A stretch of 64,000 nt of DNA from Minisyncoccota bacterium (GTDB lineage Bacteria; Patescibacteriota; Minisyncoccia; Phycocordibacterales; UBA9973), in the NCBI GenBank assembly GCA_041659785.1, contig JBAZXO010000001.1:86941-150940 (forward strand), in the 5' to 3' direction. Below, in pieces: positions 46,103-58,520 of this stretch. Numbering within the stretch: the stretch's first letter is position 1; each line of letters opens with the position of its first letter. Below the pieces are notes generated by a model. It had not been told where the DNA came from, ran no database searches, and worked only from the letters and a program-made list of their open reading frames with translations. The position numbers and the translations under genes are program-made.

Positions 46103-48073
46103 ATGAAAATAATATCAGTAATACCACTTAAAAAAGGCATACTAAAAGGAGATTTAACCTATTTCACGAGCTTGGACATACCTGTCGGAAATGTTGTATC
46201 TGTGCCTATAAGGAATAAAGAAACCTTAGCATTGGTGACATCTAGCGAAGAGCTCAAAGAAAGAAAAAGCAATGTAAAAGGCATGGATTTTAATTTAAAA
46301 AAAGTTACAAAAGACAAAGGAGCTTCTATAATTCTCCCGGAATTTCTTAATACTGTTTTTGACACCAGTAGATATTTTGCTCAAAATAAAAACAAAGTTC
46401 TCACCTCATTGATACCATCTATTTTTATAGAAGAATATGACAAAATAATAAAAATAAAAAATACAAATAAAAATGACGATGCTGATAAAAAAAATATACA
46501 AAACATAAGGTCTGAAAAATTGTTATTCCAATATCCACTAGAAGATCGTATATCTATCTACAAGACTATCGTTCGTGAATCTTTCGCAAGGGGTAAATCT
46601 ATCTTTATGGTCTTACCTACCCAATTTGATATAGAAAAATTTGAAACTCAACTCTCAAAAGGTATTGAGCAGTTTACTTTCTCCATGCACAGTGGAATAA
46701 ATGCCAAGAAAAACTTAAAAACTTATGAAAAAATAATAAATTCCACCCATCCTGTCCTAATACTCGGCACTGCTCCATTTTTATCTATACCTAGGAAGGA
46801 TATTGGCACCATAATTCTAGAACACGAGAATTCAAATGCTTATAGAATGATGATGGGGCCACATATAGACCTCCGAGTTTTTGTAGAAATTTATGCTTCT
46901 AAAATAAATGCAAAATTCATAATGGCTGATGAGATATTACGTTATGAAACAATAGGCAGAAAAGATATAGATAATTTAAACCCCTTACATCCTCTTTCTT
47001 TTAGGATTGATTTTACAGGAGAAATAGAAATTTTGGTAAAAGAGCCCAAAGCTCAAATAGAAGGGCTAAGGGTAAAAGAAGAAAGTAAAAAATTCCAAAT
47101 ATTTAAAGATAAAAGTATTGAAGAAATAAAACATGCAATAGAAAATAAGAAAAATGTTTTTATTTTTTCCTTAAGGAAAGGCCTAGCCACTATGACCATA
47201 TGCAAAGATTGTGGTGAGACAGTAGGTTGTGAAAAATGTGGATCACCACTCGTACTTTATATGTCTCATCAAGAGAAAAAAAGGATGTTTGTATGCAATA
47301 AATGTGAAATGAATATAGATGGAGATGTATCATGTAAATATTGTGGCAGTTGGAATCTATTACCTCTGGGCATCGGCACGGACACTGTGTATGAAGAAAT
47401 AGAAAAACTCTTTCCTAAAGTTAAAATTTTCAAATTAGATAAAGAGTCATCAAAAACAAAAAGTGGCGCTCAAAAAATAATAAAAGATTTTATAGAAAAT
47501 GAAGGTTCGATACTAGTCGGCACTGAGATGACATTTTTCTATCTTAAAGACAAAGTGCCACTTTCGGTTATTGCTTCTTTTGATTCACTTTGGAGTATCC
47601 CTAATTTTAAAATGGGTGAAAAAATTATTCAGATAATACTTTCTACGATAGACAATACGACAGAGAAAGTTATCGTTCAAACAAAAAACGAAAAAGATCC
47701 CGCAATTCAAGCAATAAAATCAGCAAACCTACTATCTTTTGTACGTGAAGAATTAGAAGACCGACAAAAACTTTCTTATCCACCATATAAACGTTTTATA
47801 AAAATAACATATTTGGGCGACAAAACAGATATTCCAAAAGTAAGTAAAATATTAGAAGAAATTTTCAAAGAATATTCTCCTGAAATTTTCAGTGGTTTTG
47901 TCTCTCGTTTAAAAGGTAAATATGTCACCAATGCACTCATAAAAATAGATACAAAAAAATGGTCTTTACCAGAGCTATCCCATGATTCATCAATTGACGA
48001 AAATCTCTTCACAAAACTTCAATCCCTTCCACAACCCTTTGAAATATTTGTGGATCCAGAGGATTTACTTTAA
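46103..48073 (+). CDS. priA: Primosomal protein N' (degenerate helicase)
   Basis: Four CxxC pairs, GIGT..V.EE, R..LSYPP and VDP terminus. Confidence 0.85.
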   Translation: MKIISVIPLKKGILKGDLTYFTSLDIPVGNVVSVPIRNKETLALVTSSEELKERKSNVKGMDFNLKKVTKDKGASIILPEFLNTVFDTSRYFAQNKNKVLTSLIPSIFIEEYDKIIKIKNTNKNDDADKKNIQNIRSEKLLFQYPLEDRISIYKTIVRESFARGKSIFMVLPTQFDIEKFETQLSKGIEQFTFSMHSGINAKKNLKTYEKIINSTHPVLILGTAPFLSIPRKDIGTIILEHENSNAYRMMMGPHIDLRVFVEIYASKINAKFIMADEILRYETIGRKDIDNLNPLHPLSFRIDFTGEIEILVKEPKAQIEGLRVKEESKKFQIFKDKSIEEIKHAIENKKNVFIFSLRKGLATMTICKDCGETVGCEKCGSPLVLYMSHQEKKRMFVCNKCEMNIDGDVSCKYCGSWNLLPLGIGTDTVYEEIEKLFPKVKIFKLDKESSKTKSGAQKIIKDFIENEGSILVGTEMTFFYLKDKVPLSVIASFDSLWSIPNFKMGEKIIQIILSTIDNTTEKVIVQTKNEKDPAIQAIKSANLLSFVREELEDRQKLSYPPYKRFIKITYLGDKTDIPKVSKILEEIFKEYSPEIFSGFVSRLKGKYVTNALIKIDTKKWSLPELSHDSSIDENLFTKLQSLPQPFEIFVDPEDLL

Positions 48074-48122
48074 GCTTGATATATTTGAAATATAATTTAT
48101 AATACTAAATGAGGAGGTTCTT

Positions 48123-48515
48123 TTGAGATACATACACGTAAAAGCCGATGATAATCGGCCTCACCTATTTGGGTTCCAAGGAAACCCAAGCAAGGCCAAA
48201 CAATCGGCAGAAAAAAGTTATGGAAAAGGGAGATTGTTTATTCCCTTTCACTTAACGCCCAATGTTCCCAGGGTCATAGATGAAATAATATTCTTTCATC
48301 ACCCCAGCGAAACGCCGTTCGTGAAAAAAAACATCGAAGCAAATAAGCTTTTCGGGTGGATTGATTCGGAATTTGATGGAGACCCTGGCGAGATATTCAT
48401 TCTCTACCACGAACCATCTAATCATGTCGCACAAGCCCCCCTCCTCCAACAAAGGAGAAAGAAAAAGCCAAGAGGCCGTTGGCGTCGCTATCGTCAACAA
48501 CAAGAAGCCGCATAA
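48123..48515 (+). CDS. Orphan hypothetical protein with basic C-terminus
   Basis: GAGGAGG SD before a TTG start; promoter-like TTGATA..TATAAT; terminator at 48535-48569. Confidence 0.6.
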   Translation: MRYIHVKADDNRPHLFGFQGNPSKAKQSAEKSYGKGRLFIPFHLTPNVPRVIDEIIFFHHPSETPFVKKNIEANKLFGWIDSEFDGDPGEIFILYHEPSNHVAQAPLLQQRRKKKPRGRWRRYRQQQEAA

Positions 48516-48567
48516 GCAAGAATCAACACAACTAAGGGCGACCAGAAATGGACGCCCTCGTTTTATT

Positions 48568-49257
48568 TTAGGCGACGATTACAGTAAATTCCCCTCTTTG
48601 TTTATCAGGATTTTTATTAAAATATTCCAAAACTTCTACTGGTGTCCCAGTTACGAATTCTTCATAAATTTTTGTTAACTCTCTCGCAACACAGACCTTC
48701 TTCTGATTCTCTTTGGGACAAAATTTCACAAGTGACTCTAATGTTTTTAAAATTCGATGAGGAGACTCATAGAAAACCATCGTCCTTTTAGCATCTCTAA
48801 TTTCTTTAAATAAAGTTTCTCTTCCCTTTTTATGAGGGAGAAAACCCAGAAAAGTAAATTCATGAGTTGGTAAACCTGAAGCAGAAAGTGCAGTAATGAC
48901 CGCGGAAGCACCCGGTATCGGAATTATATCTACGCTATAGCGTAGATTGATATCTTCTTTAATTTTAGATACAAGCAATGCTCCAGGGTCAGAAATTCCT
49001 GGTGTACCAGCGTCTGACACTAATGCTAAATTTTTACCTTCGCTCAATAATTCAAAAATTTTATCTGTCTTCGCGAGTTTACTCTGAGCGTGATAGCTCA
49101 TCGTCGATTTATCGATATTGTATTTTTGCAAAATCTTTTTAGTAACTCTCGTATCTTCGCACAATATCAAATCGACATCCTTTAGGGTCTCAATAGCCCT
49201 GAATGTAATATCTCCCATATTTCCTATTGGCGTCGCAACTACATAAAATTTACCCAT
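48568..49257 (-). CDS. rsmI: 16S rRNA C1402 2'-O-methyltransferase
   Basis: VATPIGN, CEDTR, SDAGTPGISDPG, YESPHR and ARELTK. Confidence 0.96.
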   Translation of the reverse strand: MGKFYVVATPIGNMGDITFRAIETLKDVDLILCEDTRVTKKILQKYNIDKSTMSYHAQSKLAKTDKIFELLSEGKNLALVSDAGTPGISDPGALLVSKIKEDINLRYSVDIIPIPGASAVITALSASGLPTHEFTFLGFLPHKKGRETLFKEIRDAKRTMVFYESPHRILKTLESLVKFCPKENQKKVCVARELTKIYEEFVTGTPVEVLEYFNKNPDKQRGEFTVIVA

Positions 49258-49405
49258 ACACTTATTTTTTAATTATATTATATAAAGCTAAATTAAACAA
49301 TTGAGAAAATAAGTGTGTGGGTTTAGACATTATGTTTATGATTTTAGCATATAAAAATAAAAAAGCCCCGAACGAATCGGGGCGAGGTTTCTGGTGAATA
49401 TTTCA

Positions 49406-49951
49406 CTAAGCCGCTAAAAATTTCTGTGGCTCAAGAATTGGTTTTTTTGTCTTTTCACGAAAACACGGGGTTATGTCACCTGGCATCAGGTAATCTTCCA
49501 ACCATAGCCAACCTATTTCGACTCTACCCCTTCGTGCACAGACAAATGGAACGTAGTAGGAATACTGTAACCCCTTTTTGGGATTCATTTCAGCTTGTTT
49601 CACTACTGACTTCCACAAAAGAAGTTTTTTATCCCCGAAAGCTTTAAGAAAAGGCTCAACACCATTTTCTCGGATAGCGTAACCGTCCAACAAACCCAAA
49701 CAAGAGTTTATAAGCGGAAGAAAAGTGATGGTGCTTTGTTGTATATATTCAAATACTTCCTTTGCTTTTATTTTTATATTATTTCTTTGATTGGGGTGTA
49801 ACCAAAGCTCCAAGGAGCCAAGCCTATACTCGAGAAACCCAGTATGCTCGAGCTCCAGTAATACTGGTTTTCTGTTATACGGATAATAAGGACAATCCGT
49901 CCGTTTCACGATAATATAATCGGAAACAGCTTGTGCTAAAGTTTTGCTCAT
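49406..49951 (-). CDS. Orphan hypothetical protein
   Basis: GGAG SD, upstream TTGACA, terminator at 49359-49383. Confidence 0.65.
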   Translation of the reverse strand: MSKTLAQAVSDYIIVKRTDCPYYPYNRKPVLLELEHTGFLEYRLGSLELWLHPNQRNNIKIKAKEVFEYIQQSTITFLPLINSCLGLLDGYAIRENGVEPFLKAFGDKKLLLWKSVVKQAEMNPKKGLQYSYYVPFVCARRGRVEIGWLWLEDYLMPGDITPCFREKTKKPILEPQKFLAA

Positions 49952-50079
49952 GATTTCTCCCTATGGGTTAATTGATTATTGGGAAAGTGACTCTTTTATT
50001 GACGAGGTGCGACGAAATACAATTCTATTTCTTAAATAGAACCATACTATAAGCACATTTGTCAAATATAGACTTATTT

Positions 50080-50523
50080 TTATTTTCTATACTTTCGGGT
50101 GCGCCATTTATCTGCAATCTTTATTCGAGTGAGTGAACGTTCAAGTTCAGCTTCAAAATGTTCAAAATCAACATTATCTTTATTCTCCATTAATTTCTTT
50201 AATTCTTCTGAACGAGTTCTAGCTTGAGCGATTTTCTCTTCTGAAAGTTCTGCGACGTGTTCAGCGAAATCAGCCAATACAGCAACTTCTGTGTCCCCTT
50301 TTTCATTTTGTTTCACTTCCACGAAACCTCCCACCACAGCCATGGGTACATGTTCAGCATTTATAAATGCGACAACGTCTCCTGAAGTGAGCCCTGTGAT
50401 TAAGGGAATATGATTTGGCAATACTGTTATCTCACCCAGAGTAGTAGGTAAACTAACTTGGTCTACCATTTCTTCCAAGACCAATCTCTCGGGAGTTACT
50501 ATTTTTAATTTTAATTGCTTCAT
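50080..50523 (-). CDS. atpC: ATP synthase epsilon subunit
   Basis: IVTPER, GEITVLPNH and GGFVEV. Confidence 0.95.
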   Translation of the reverse strand: MKQLKLKIVTPERLVLEEMVDQVSLPTTLGEITVLPNHIPLITGLTSGDVVAFINAEHVPMAVVGGFVEVKQNEKGDTEVAVLADFAEHVAELSEEKIAQARTRSEELKKLMENKDNVDFEHFEAELERSLTRIKIADKWRTRKYRK

Positions 50524-50533
50524 AGATGAGTTC

Positions 50534-50565
50534 ATAAAGTTATAAAGTTATAAAGTTATAAAGTT
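50534..50565. repeat. Tandem repeat (ataaagtt)x4
   Basis: Read directly in the atpD-atpC spacer. Confidence 0.9.
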
Positions 50566-50611
50566 TTTAAAATTCTTACTTTATGAACTTTAAGAACTTT
50601 TTACTTTTAAC

Positions 50612-51994
<1,383 letters not shown>

Positions 51995-52020
51995 TTATAA
52001 TTTACTAATAATTTTTATAA

Positions 52021-52983
52021 TTAACCGACTGATGTCATCCCTGCACTTATCTCTGATATCTCCCTCGTAATGTTCGCTTGTCTGGCTTTATTGAACATTA
52101 GAGTTAGGTCATCGATCATCTCTCCGGAAGCATCACTTGCATTTTTCATTGCTATCATTCTGGATGATTGCTCTGATGCGTTTGATTCGAGAATCATCTG
52201 ATATATTTGCATCCTTGTGAGTTTCTCAGCTAATGATTCTATCAATGTATTAAAATCTCCTTCAAATAAATAATCTATTGATTTTTCTCCAGACGTTCCT
52301 CGTCCGGAATCCGGACGAGGAACGTCTGGAGATTTTTCTGGCTCTAAAGAATCTATAACTTCTTTTAAACTATCTTTAGATATGGGCAAAATTTGTTTTA
52401 TGTTTGGTCTCTGAGTAAGGGCTGAAATAAAATCTGTGTAAGCAAATAAAACTTTATTATAATTCGCAGTACTGTATTCATCTATTGCCAACTTTGATAT
52501 TGGGAGGACATCAGAAAGAGAGATGTTATCTGGTAATTCTGTAAAGCTAGCAATGATTTTCCTACCAAGGCGACGCATAGACATATCACCCTTTTTACCG
52601 ATTGTTACAAAATCTATATTTATATTATTATTGCTTGCCCCACCATGGCGTGGGTCAAGCTTCAATAAAGAAATAACTTTTTTGATAACTTGAGCGTTGT
52701 AAGCACCACAAAGTCCACGATTGGAAGTAATAAGTATAACTAAAATATTTTCATGACTGTCTTTCTTCTCGCGTTCTAAGAAAAGTGGATGTGTAGACTC
52801 CTCTAAATTTTTAGCAATGGATGTCAAAATTTCCCAAGAATATCCGGCATACAAACGCGAAGCCAAAGTGGAAGATACGGCCCTCTTCATCTTGGAAGCA
52901 GCCACAAGCTCCATCGCCTTGGTGATTTTCTTTGTGTTCTTTACACTTTTTATTCTTCTTTTAATTTCTTTTGTCCCTGCCAT
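52021..52983 (-). CDS. atpG: ATP synthase gamma subunit
   Basis: KITKAMELVAASK, RGLCGAYN and RQANITREISEI. Confidence 0.97.
   Translation of the reverse strand: MAGTKEIKRRIKSVKNTKKITKAMELVAASKMKRAVSSTLASRLYAGYSWEILTSIAKNLEESTHPLFLEREKKDSHENILVILITSNRGLCGAYNAQVIKKVISLLKLDPRHGGASNNNINIDFVTIGKKGDMSMRRLGRKIIASFTELPDNISLSDVLPISKLAIDEYSTANYNKVLFAYTDFISALTQRPNIKQILPISKDSLKEVIDSLEPEKSPDVPRPDSGRGTSGEKSIDYLFEGDFNTLIESLAEKLTRMQIYQMILESNASEQSSRMIAMKNASDASGEMIDDLTLMFNKARQANITREISEISAGMTSVG
52286..52332. repeat. Perfect 23-bp inverted repeat inside atpG
   Basis: tctccagacgttcctcgtccgga-a-tccggacgaggaacgtctggaga. Confidence 0.92.
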
Positions 52984-53007
52984 ATATTAGGTTCTAGTTA
53001 TTAGTTT

Positions 53008-54519
53008 CTAGTTAAAATTCTTTTTGAAATCTTCTATAACCTTTTTTAATTCTTCTTCGCCTTTATCGCTCCACATTTTCTTCTCAATGATTTCTTTATA
53101 AAATGCTTTTGCATTGTGTTCACTATAGTCTGTGAGGCCTTGTTCGAATTCTTTTATTTTTTCAACTGGAACATCATCCATATAACCTTTCGTAAGGGCA
53201 TAAAGAGTGACTACCTGATGTTCTGTCTTTACTGGCGCGTATTGAAGCTGTTTCAATACTTCCACTGCTCTTTTGCCTCTTTCGAGCTGACGTTTTGTAG
53301 AATCATCGAGATCAGAACCAAATTGAGCAAATGCTTCGAGCTCACGGAATTGTGCGAGATCGAGCTTGAGTGTACCTGCAACCTTTTTCATAGCTTTTAT
53401 TTGCGCAGTAGATCCTACGCGAGAAACTGAAAGTCCAACGTTCACTGCAGGACGAATACCTTTATAGAAAAGATCTGTCTCTAGGAAAATTTGTCCGTCA
53501 GTAATAGAAATAACATTTGTAGGAATATACGCCGACACGTCACCAGCTTGTGTCTCTACTATAGGCAATGCAGTGATAGATCCGCCGCCGTATTCTTTAT
53601 TTCTTCGGCAAGCACGCTCAAGTAAACGTGAATGCAAATAGAAAACATCTCCAGGGTACGCTTCACGGCCTGGTGGACGACGCAAGAGAAGCGAAATTTC
53701 TCGATATGCTACGGCATGCTTCGAAAGATCATCATAAATAATAAGTACATCTTTCCCTTGATCCATAAAGTATTCTGCAATAGATACTCCTGTATAAGGT
53801 GCAATATAAGAAAGTGAAGCTGCTTCTGAGGCAGATGCTTTAACGATAACTGTGTATTTCATTGCGCCACCTTCTTCTAACCTTGCTTCGATTTTTCTAA
53901 GTTTAGAATCTTTTTGACCGATAGACACATAAACACATATCATGTCTTGGCCTTTTTGGTTTAAAATAGCATCGATAGCAATCGCTGTTTTACCTGTTTG
54001 ACGGTCACCAATGATGAGCTCACGCTGACCACGACCAATAGGGATAATGGCATCGATAACCTTGATACCAGTCGCGACTGGCTGGTCCACAGACAAACGA
54101 GTAATAACTCCTGGGGCTACCTTTTCTATCGGATAAGTTTGCAGACCGTCTTTTCCGGCTTTAATGACACCCTTACCATCGACTGCTTCGCCAATTGAGT
54201 TCACTACGCGTCCTAATATATGATCAGAAATTGGTATTTCAAGAATCTTACCCGTAGCTTTAACTTCATCCCCTTCTTTAATAGCAGAAAAGTCTCCAAG
54301 AATGATTACTCCAACTGCATCTTCTTCCAAGTTTAGAGCTACACCCACTTCGCCTCCAGGAAAAGTCACCATTTCTGAAGATTTAATATCAGATAAACCA
54401 GAAACCTTGGCGATACCATCGAAAACTTCCAACACCCTACCTATTTTCTCAACCTTTATCTGGGCGGTAAAGTTTTCTATTTCTCTTTTTAAATTTTCTA
54501 CGATGGTATTGTTATTCAT
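53008..54519 (-). CDS. atpA: ATP synthase alpha subunit
   Basis: GDRQTGKT and [20 protein letters not shown]. Confidence 0.98.
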   Translation of the reverse strand: MNNNTIVENLKREIENFTAQIKVEKIGRVLEVFDGIAKVSGLSDIKSSEMVTFPGGEVGVALNLEEDAVGVIILGDFSAIKEGDEVKATGKILEIPISDHILGRVVNSIGEAVDGKGVIKAGKDGLQTYPIEKVAPGVITRLSVDQPVATGIKVIDAIIPIGRGQRELIIGDRQTGKTAIAIDAILNQKGQDMICVYVSIGQKDSKLRKIEARLEEGGAMKYTVIVKASASEAASLSYIAPYTGVSIAEYFMDQGKDVLIIYDDLSKHAVAYREISLLLRRPPGREAYPGDVFYLHSRLLERACRRNKEYGGGSITALPIVETQAGDVSAYIPTNVISITDGQIFLETDLFYKGIRPAVNVGLSVSRVGSTAQIKAMKKVAGTLKLDLAQFRELEAFAQFGSDLDDSTKRQLERGKRAVEVLKQLQYAPVKTEHQVVTLYALTKGYMDDVPVEKIKEFEQGLTDYSEHNAKAFYKEIIEKKMWSDKGEEELKKVIEDFKKNFN

Positions 54520-54920
54520 AAAGGTTTTGTTAAGTGTTCTTGTAATCTTTCAATCTTATTTTTCATTGTTAGGTCTATAACTTCGTCATTTACTTCTATT
54601 TTTATTCCGCCCAGTAATCTTTTATCTAAATTTTCAACTATTCTTATTTCTTTAGCTTTGTAACGATGTGCGAGTGTAGCGGTGAGTTCCTTTTTCATTT
54701 TTTCATTAATCTTGTCTGCGCTAGAAACCTTTGCTACAACTCTACCCTCGTGTTCGTTAATTATTTTATTTAGATGTGAGAGTATGCTGGGAGCTTTTGA
54801 AAGAAATCTTCTTTTTTCTAAAAATTTAACAACCTTTGCAGAAAAATGATCTTCTCCACCCTTTTCTTTTGATGCTAAATAAATAGCTTGTGCTATATCG
54901 TTGTTTGATATTGCAGTCAT
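54516..54920 (-). CDS. atpH: ATP synthase delta subunit
   Basis: [14 protein letters not shown] motif; operon position. Confidence 0.9.
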   Translation of the reverse strand: MTAISNNDIAQAIYLASKEKGGEDHFSAKVVKFLEKRRFLSKAPSILSHLNKIINEHEGRVVAKVSSADKINEKMKKELTATLAHRYKAKEIRIVENLDKRLLGGIKIEVNDEVIDLTMKNKIERLQEHLTKPL

Positions 54921-54925
54921 ATTAC

Positions 54926-55387
54926 TTATAAATTATTTAAATCTTGCTTACTACTAATCAATTTCTCGGTGGCTAGCATTGCGAGGTTTACGATTTCTTT
55001 CTTGGCATCTTCTACCATTTTTACCTTTTCTGCTTCTAGTGTTTTTTTACCATTTTCGATAACTAGCGCAACTTCTTTTTTTGCATCTTCTAACATTAAT
55101 GCTTTTTTAGTTTCAGATTCCTTTTTACCGTCTTGAAAAATTTTATTTGCTTCAGACTGGGCTTTTGCAAGCATTGCATCGTACTCTGCTTGAGTTTTTG
55201 TAAGTAGAACTGCATTTGTCTTCGCATCATCTATGCCCTTGCCTATTTTCTCACTTCTCTCCGCCATTAGTTTAGAAAGTGGCTTCAATGCAAAGATATA
55301 AAGAACGACAAAAACGACTCCGAAGTTGATAGCTTGAGCAACGATAATTTTCCAGTCTATGTGAAATGTTGAAATAATTGATTCCAT
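54926..55387 (-). CDS. atpF: ATP synthase subunit b
   Basis: QAINF, KPL...M.ER..KI and a coiled coil. Confidence 0.93.
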   Translation of the reverse strand: MESIISTFHIDWKIIVAQAINFGVVFVVLYIFALKPLSKLMAERSEKIGKGIDDAKTNAVLLTKTQAEYDAMLAKAQSEANKIFQDGKKESETKKALMLEDAKKEVALVIENGKKTLEAEKVKMVEDAKKEIVNLAMLATEKLISSKQDLNNL

Positions 55388-55453
55388 AATTTTTTTTATT
55401 TTTTAAAAGAAACTTTCGCAACACAATTTATAATTATGTTGCGTGAGCTTCGT

Positions 55454-55678
<225 letters not shown>

Positions 55679-55719
55679 TTATTCGGGATTAACTAATAAT
55701 ATTTTGACCTTTAATAAAA

Positions 55720-56610
55720 TTATGCTATCTCTTTAATAAATTCTTTAACTAATTCCTTTTCACTTTCCATGCTATCGTGCGTTACCGTATTGTGGGCAGG
55801 TTCATGCTCCTCGTGTTCATCATGATCAGACGATGCAATGGTAAAGTAAACCACAAGCAAAATTGAAAAGATGAGAGCCTGAATAACTCCGACGAGCAAT
55901 TCTAGAAAAAGAAACGGAATTGGAACAATATATGCCACAAGGGCTGCCATGGAGGCCAAGAGGACCTCTCCGGCAAATACGTTACCAAATAGACGAAACG
56001 AGAGTGATGCAACTTTTGCAAATTCACCAACAATTTCGATTAAACCAACAAAGAACGTGATGGGTGCTACGAGAATAATCGTAGGCTCGTGGCGAATTTT
56101 CTTAAATATTCCTCCGAGCACTTTTAGATTAACATACTTATTGAAAGTTTTCCATATACCTATAGAAAATGCTCCGAAAAGGTTCGCACCGAGTACAGCC
56201 ATAAATGCGAGTGCAACGGTTGTGTTGATGTCTGCTGTACCTCCACGTAGAAATGGGATGAATGCTAGACCCTGTTCACTCTTTTCTACGATACCGAAAC
56301 CTCCAAGTGGCATAATACCTAGCCAATTGTTTATAAGAATAAAGAAAAAGACTGAAATAGCAAAAGGGAAAATTTTAAGAGACAATGCTCTATCATTTGT
56401 GACTTGGTCGCACATGCCTAGTGCGCCCTCCACGACAATTTCAAAAAGATTTTGTAATTTACCAGGAATTGTTTTGAGTTTAAAACGTAAAGCTAGGGAC
56501 AAGATAACAATTATTGTAACTGCAATCCAACTCGTAAGAAGTGAGTTGGTAATAGTAAAATTAGTAAACTGATGTATTGGCTCTGCAAATAATGTAATGT
56601 TTTCTTTCAT
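55720..56610 (-). CDS. atpB: ATP synthase subunit a
   Basis: SLSFRLFGNVFAGE and IQALIF. Confidence 0.96.
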   Translation of the reverse strand: MKENITLFAEPIHQFTNFTITNSLLTSWIAVTIIVILSLALRFKLKTIPGKLQNLFEIVVEGALGMCDQVTNDRALSLKIFPFAISVFFFILINNWLGIMPLGGFGIVEKSEQGLAFIPFLRGGTADINTTVALAFMAVLGANLFGAFSIGIWKTFNKYVNLKVLGGIFKKIRHEPTIILVAPITFFVGLIEIVGEFAKVASLSFRLFGNVFAGEVLLASMAALVAYIVPIPFLFLELLVGVIQALIFSILLVVYFTIASSDHDEHEEHEPAHNTVTHDSMESEKELVKEFIKEIA

Positions 56611-56611
56611 A

Positions 56612-56914
56612 TTATTTCTTGTCTATGTCTTGCAATTTTTTCATATAATCCTTAACCACGTAAAATATTTTAAAACATGAAAATAGGAAAGCTACGCCGG
56701 TCAAAGAAAGGAAAATGATCGGCTTTGTCCCATAGTGTGCATCCAGCATTTTACCGAAAATTAATGCCAAAACTACAGGCACCACTATCCACGTAGAAAC
56801 CTCACTAAATATCTGCATTGCTGGCTTCCACCAAGGGCCACCGCCATTGCGGGGCAAGCCACTCGGAGAGGCAGGCAAATCATTATTTAAGTTGTTTTTA
56901 TCTTCATTAATCAC
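56612..56914 (-). CDS. AtpZ/AtpI family protein
   Basis: G..LD.HYGTKP motif, two TM helices, first gene of the atp operon. Confidence 0.75.
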   Translation of the reverse strand: MINEDKNNLNNDLPASPSGLPRNGGGPWWKPAMQIFSEVSTWIVVPVVLALIFGKMLDAHYGTKPIIFLSLTGVAFLFSCFKIFYVVKDYMKKLQDIDKK

Positions 56915-57000
56915 AAAAAGAAAGGCAATTGCGCCTTTCCTATATCATACCAAAAAGGAAAAATTAATGCAAAATGTGATGTATACTATATTTATAGTAT

Positions 57001-58068
57001 ATGACCACAAACAAAAAGGTATTTTTCCAAATATTAATATTGTTACTTTTCCTCAGCACTGCAATGCCGACTTTTGCAGCTTCGGTAGCACCAGTGGTAA
57101 AAAAAGCTACAACATCAAAACCTTTAGAAAAATTATTCTACTATATTCCTGGATTTTCAACATTCTACTCCTTGCAAGCAAATGGAAACAAGGCGAATAT
57201 TTTCGCACCTCAAGTTTATAAAGTAGATGCTGATGGCGTACTCACTGGATCTATTTCTGACATAGCGCTTGAAGTTGTAAATAAAAATAAAACACCTATT
57301 ATGCCCTTGGTGTCCAATGAAAACTTCGATCCTGATACGATGCATACGATCCTACAATCAACTGATTTACAAAATAAAATTATAAGTGAATTGATTGCTG
57401 AAGCTAAGTCTAAAAATTATATCGGTTGGCAGTTTGATTTCGAACACATCATGGCCACAGATCGAAATACATTCTCTTCATTTGTAGAATTAACTGCAAA
57501 AAAACTTCACAAAGAAAAGCTGAAGCTATCGGTAGCATTGATTGCGCGTTCCTCTAACAAGCCAAGTGACCTCCCTGCAGGATCATGGGACAAATATGCT
57601 GGAGTTTTCGACTATAAACGCATTGGTAGAGCAGCGGACTTTGTAACACTTATGGCATATGACGAGCCCGCATCCGTGGGTCCGGTCGCAAGCTTGCCAT
57701 GGGTTAAAAAAGTCCTTGCCTATACTGAAAAGCACATTCCAAAATCTAAAATTTCTTTAGGCATACCTACATATGGATGGCTATGGAATACAGACACGAA
57801 TACGAAAATCCGAAGTATGCCATATCAAAAAGTTCAAGACCTCATGGATAGTAAAGGTTATATAGGTAAGGGATTTGATAAAACCTTGCAAACCTCGTGG
57901 ATTACTTACACACAAGGAGCAGGAGCAAATTTAGTCCATTACAAACTTTGGTATGAAAATGCGGCTAGCTTTAAAACAAAACTTTCTTTAGCTAAATCAC
58001 AAAAAATTAGAGGCATCTCGCTCTGGGTTGTCGGTATGGAAGATCCTAATATTTGGAAGAGTTTTTAA
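57001..58068 (+). CDS. Secreted glycoside hydrolase family 18 protein
   Basis: Signal peptide; GWQFDFE, MAYD, LGIPTYG and GISLW. Confidence 0.88.
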   Translation: MTTNKKVFFQILILLLFLSTAMPTFAASVAPVVKKATTSKPLEKLFYYIPGFSTFYSLQANGNKANIFAPQVYKVDADGVLTGSISDIALEVVNKNKTPIMPLVSNENFDPDTMHTILQSTDLQNKIISELIAEAKSKNYIGWQFDFEHIMATDRNTFSSFVELTAKKLHKEKLKLSVALIARSSNKPSDLPAGSWDKYAGVFDYKRIGRAADFVTLMAYDEPASVGPVASLPWVKKVLAYTEKHIPKSKISLGIPTYGWLWNTDTNTKIRSMPYQKVQDLMDSKGYIGKGFDKTLQTSWITYTQGAGANLVHYKLWYENAASFKTKLSLAKSQKIRGISLWVVGMEDPNIWKSF

Positions 58069-58102
58069 ACCTATTTTGATTATGAGTTATTAACATTTAG
58101 TA

Positions 58103-58131
58103 TTGCATTTTTTTACAAATATTTTTATACT
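58103..58131 (+). promoter_or_regulatory. Sigma70-type promoter
   Basis: TTGCAT-17 nt-TATACT. Confidence 0.65.
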
Positions 58132-58244
58132 GAGATAGTGAAAAACATGATTACAAATTTCCAAAACCGACGTAGAACAATCTCAAAATTTGAGGTTGTT
58201 TAGAGTGTTTGTAATTTTTCCTAAAATATTAAAACGAACTTTCA

Positions 58245-58275
58245 AAAACGGCCTCAATCAAGGGGTCGTTTTTGT
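58245..58275 (+). terminator. Intrinsic terminator / possible attenuator
   Basis: aaaaacggcctc-aatcaa-ggggtcgttttt with G-U pairs on the + strand. Confidence 0.7.
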
Positions 58276-58285
58276 TCTTCATAAA

Positions 58286-58478
58286 GCATTTAGTTGATTT
58301 GGAAGCTCGCTTCTGAAACGAAGCAAAGAGTGTTGAAAATCGATTGCTATACCCCCGCATCGGGTGACAAATTCTTGTGACAGAAGAATGGTGCGCTGGG
58401 AACTCTGTGGCAACACAGTAGCTTTAACGGGATTGCCAATCCCATCGATACACTCTGAGCCATAGTCAGCTGAAATGC
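58286..58478 (+). ncRNA. Candidate large structured ncRNA, family unassigned
   Basis: Nested long-range helices, G-U pairs and GNRA loops read on the + strand; GC-rich island with no credible ORF. Confidence 0.65.
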
Positions 58479-58520
58479 AAAAGAAAGGAGGCGCATCGGC
58501 CGCAAGCATAGCCGCATCAC

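Noticed and set aside
58279-58509. 76-aa minus-strand ORF over the structured RNA
   Set aside because: No SD or -10 signal and no recognisable motif; G-U pairs and GNRA loops favour a plus-strand RNA.
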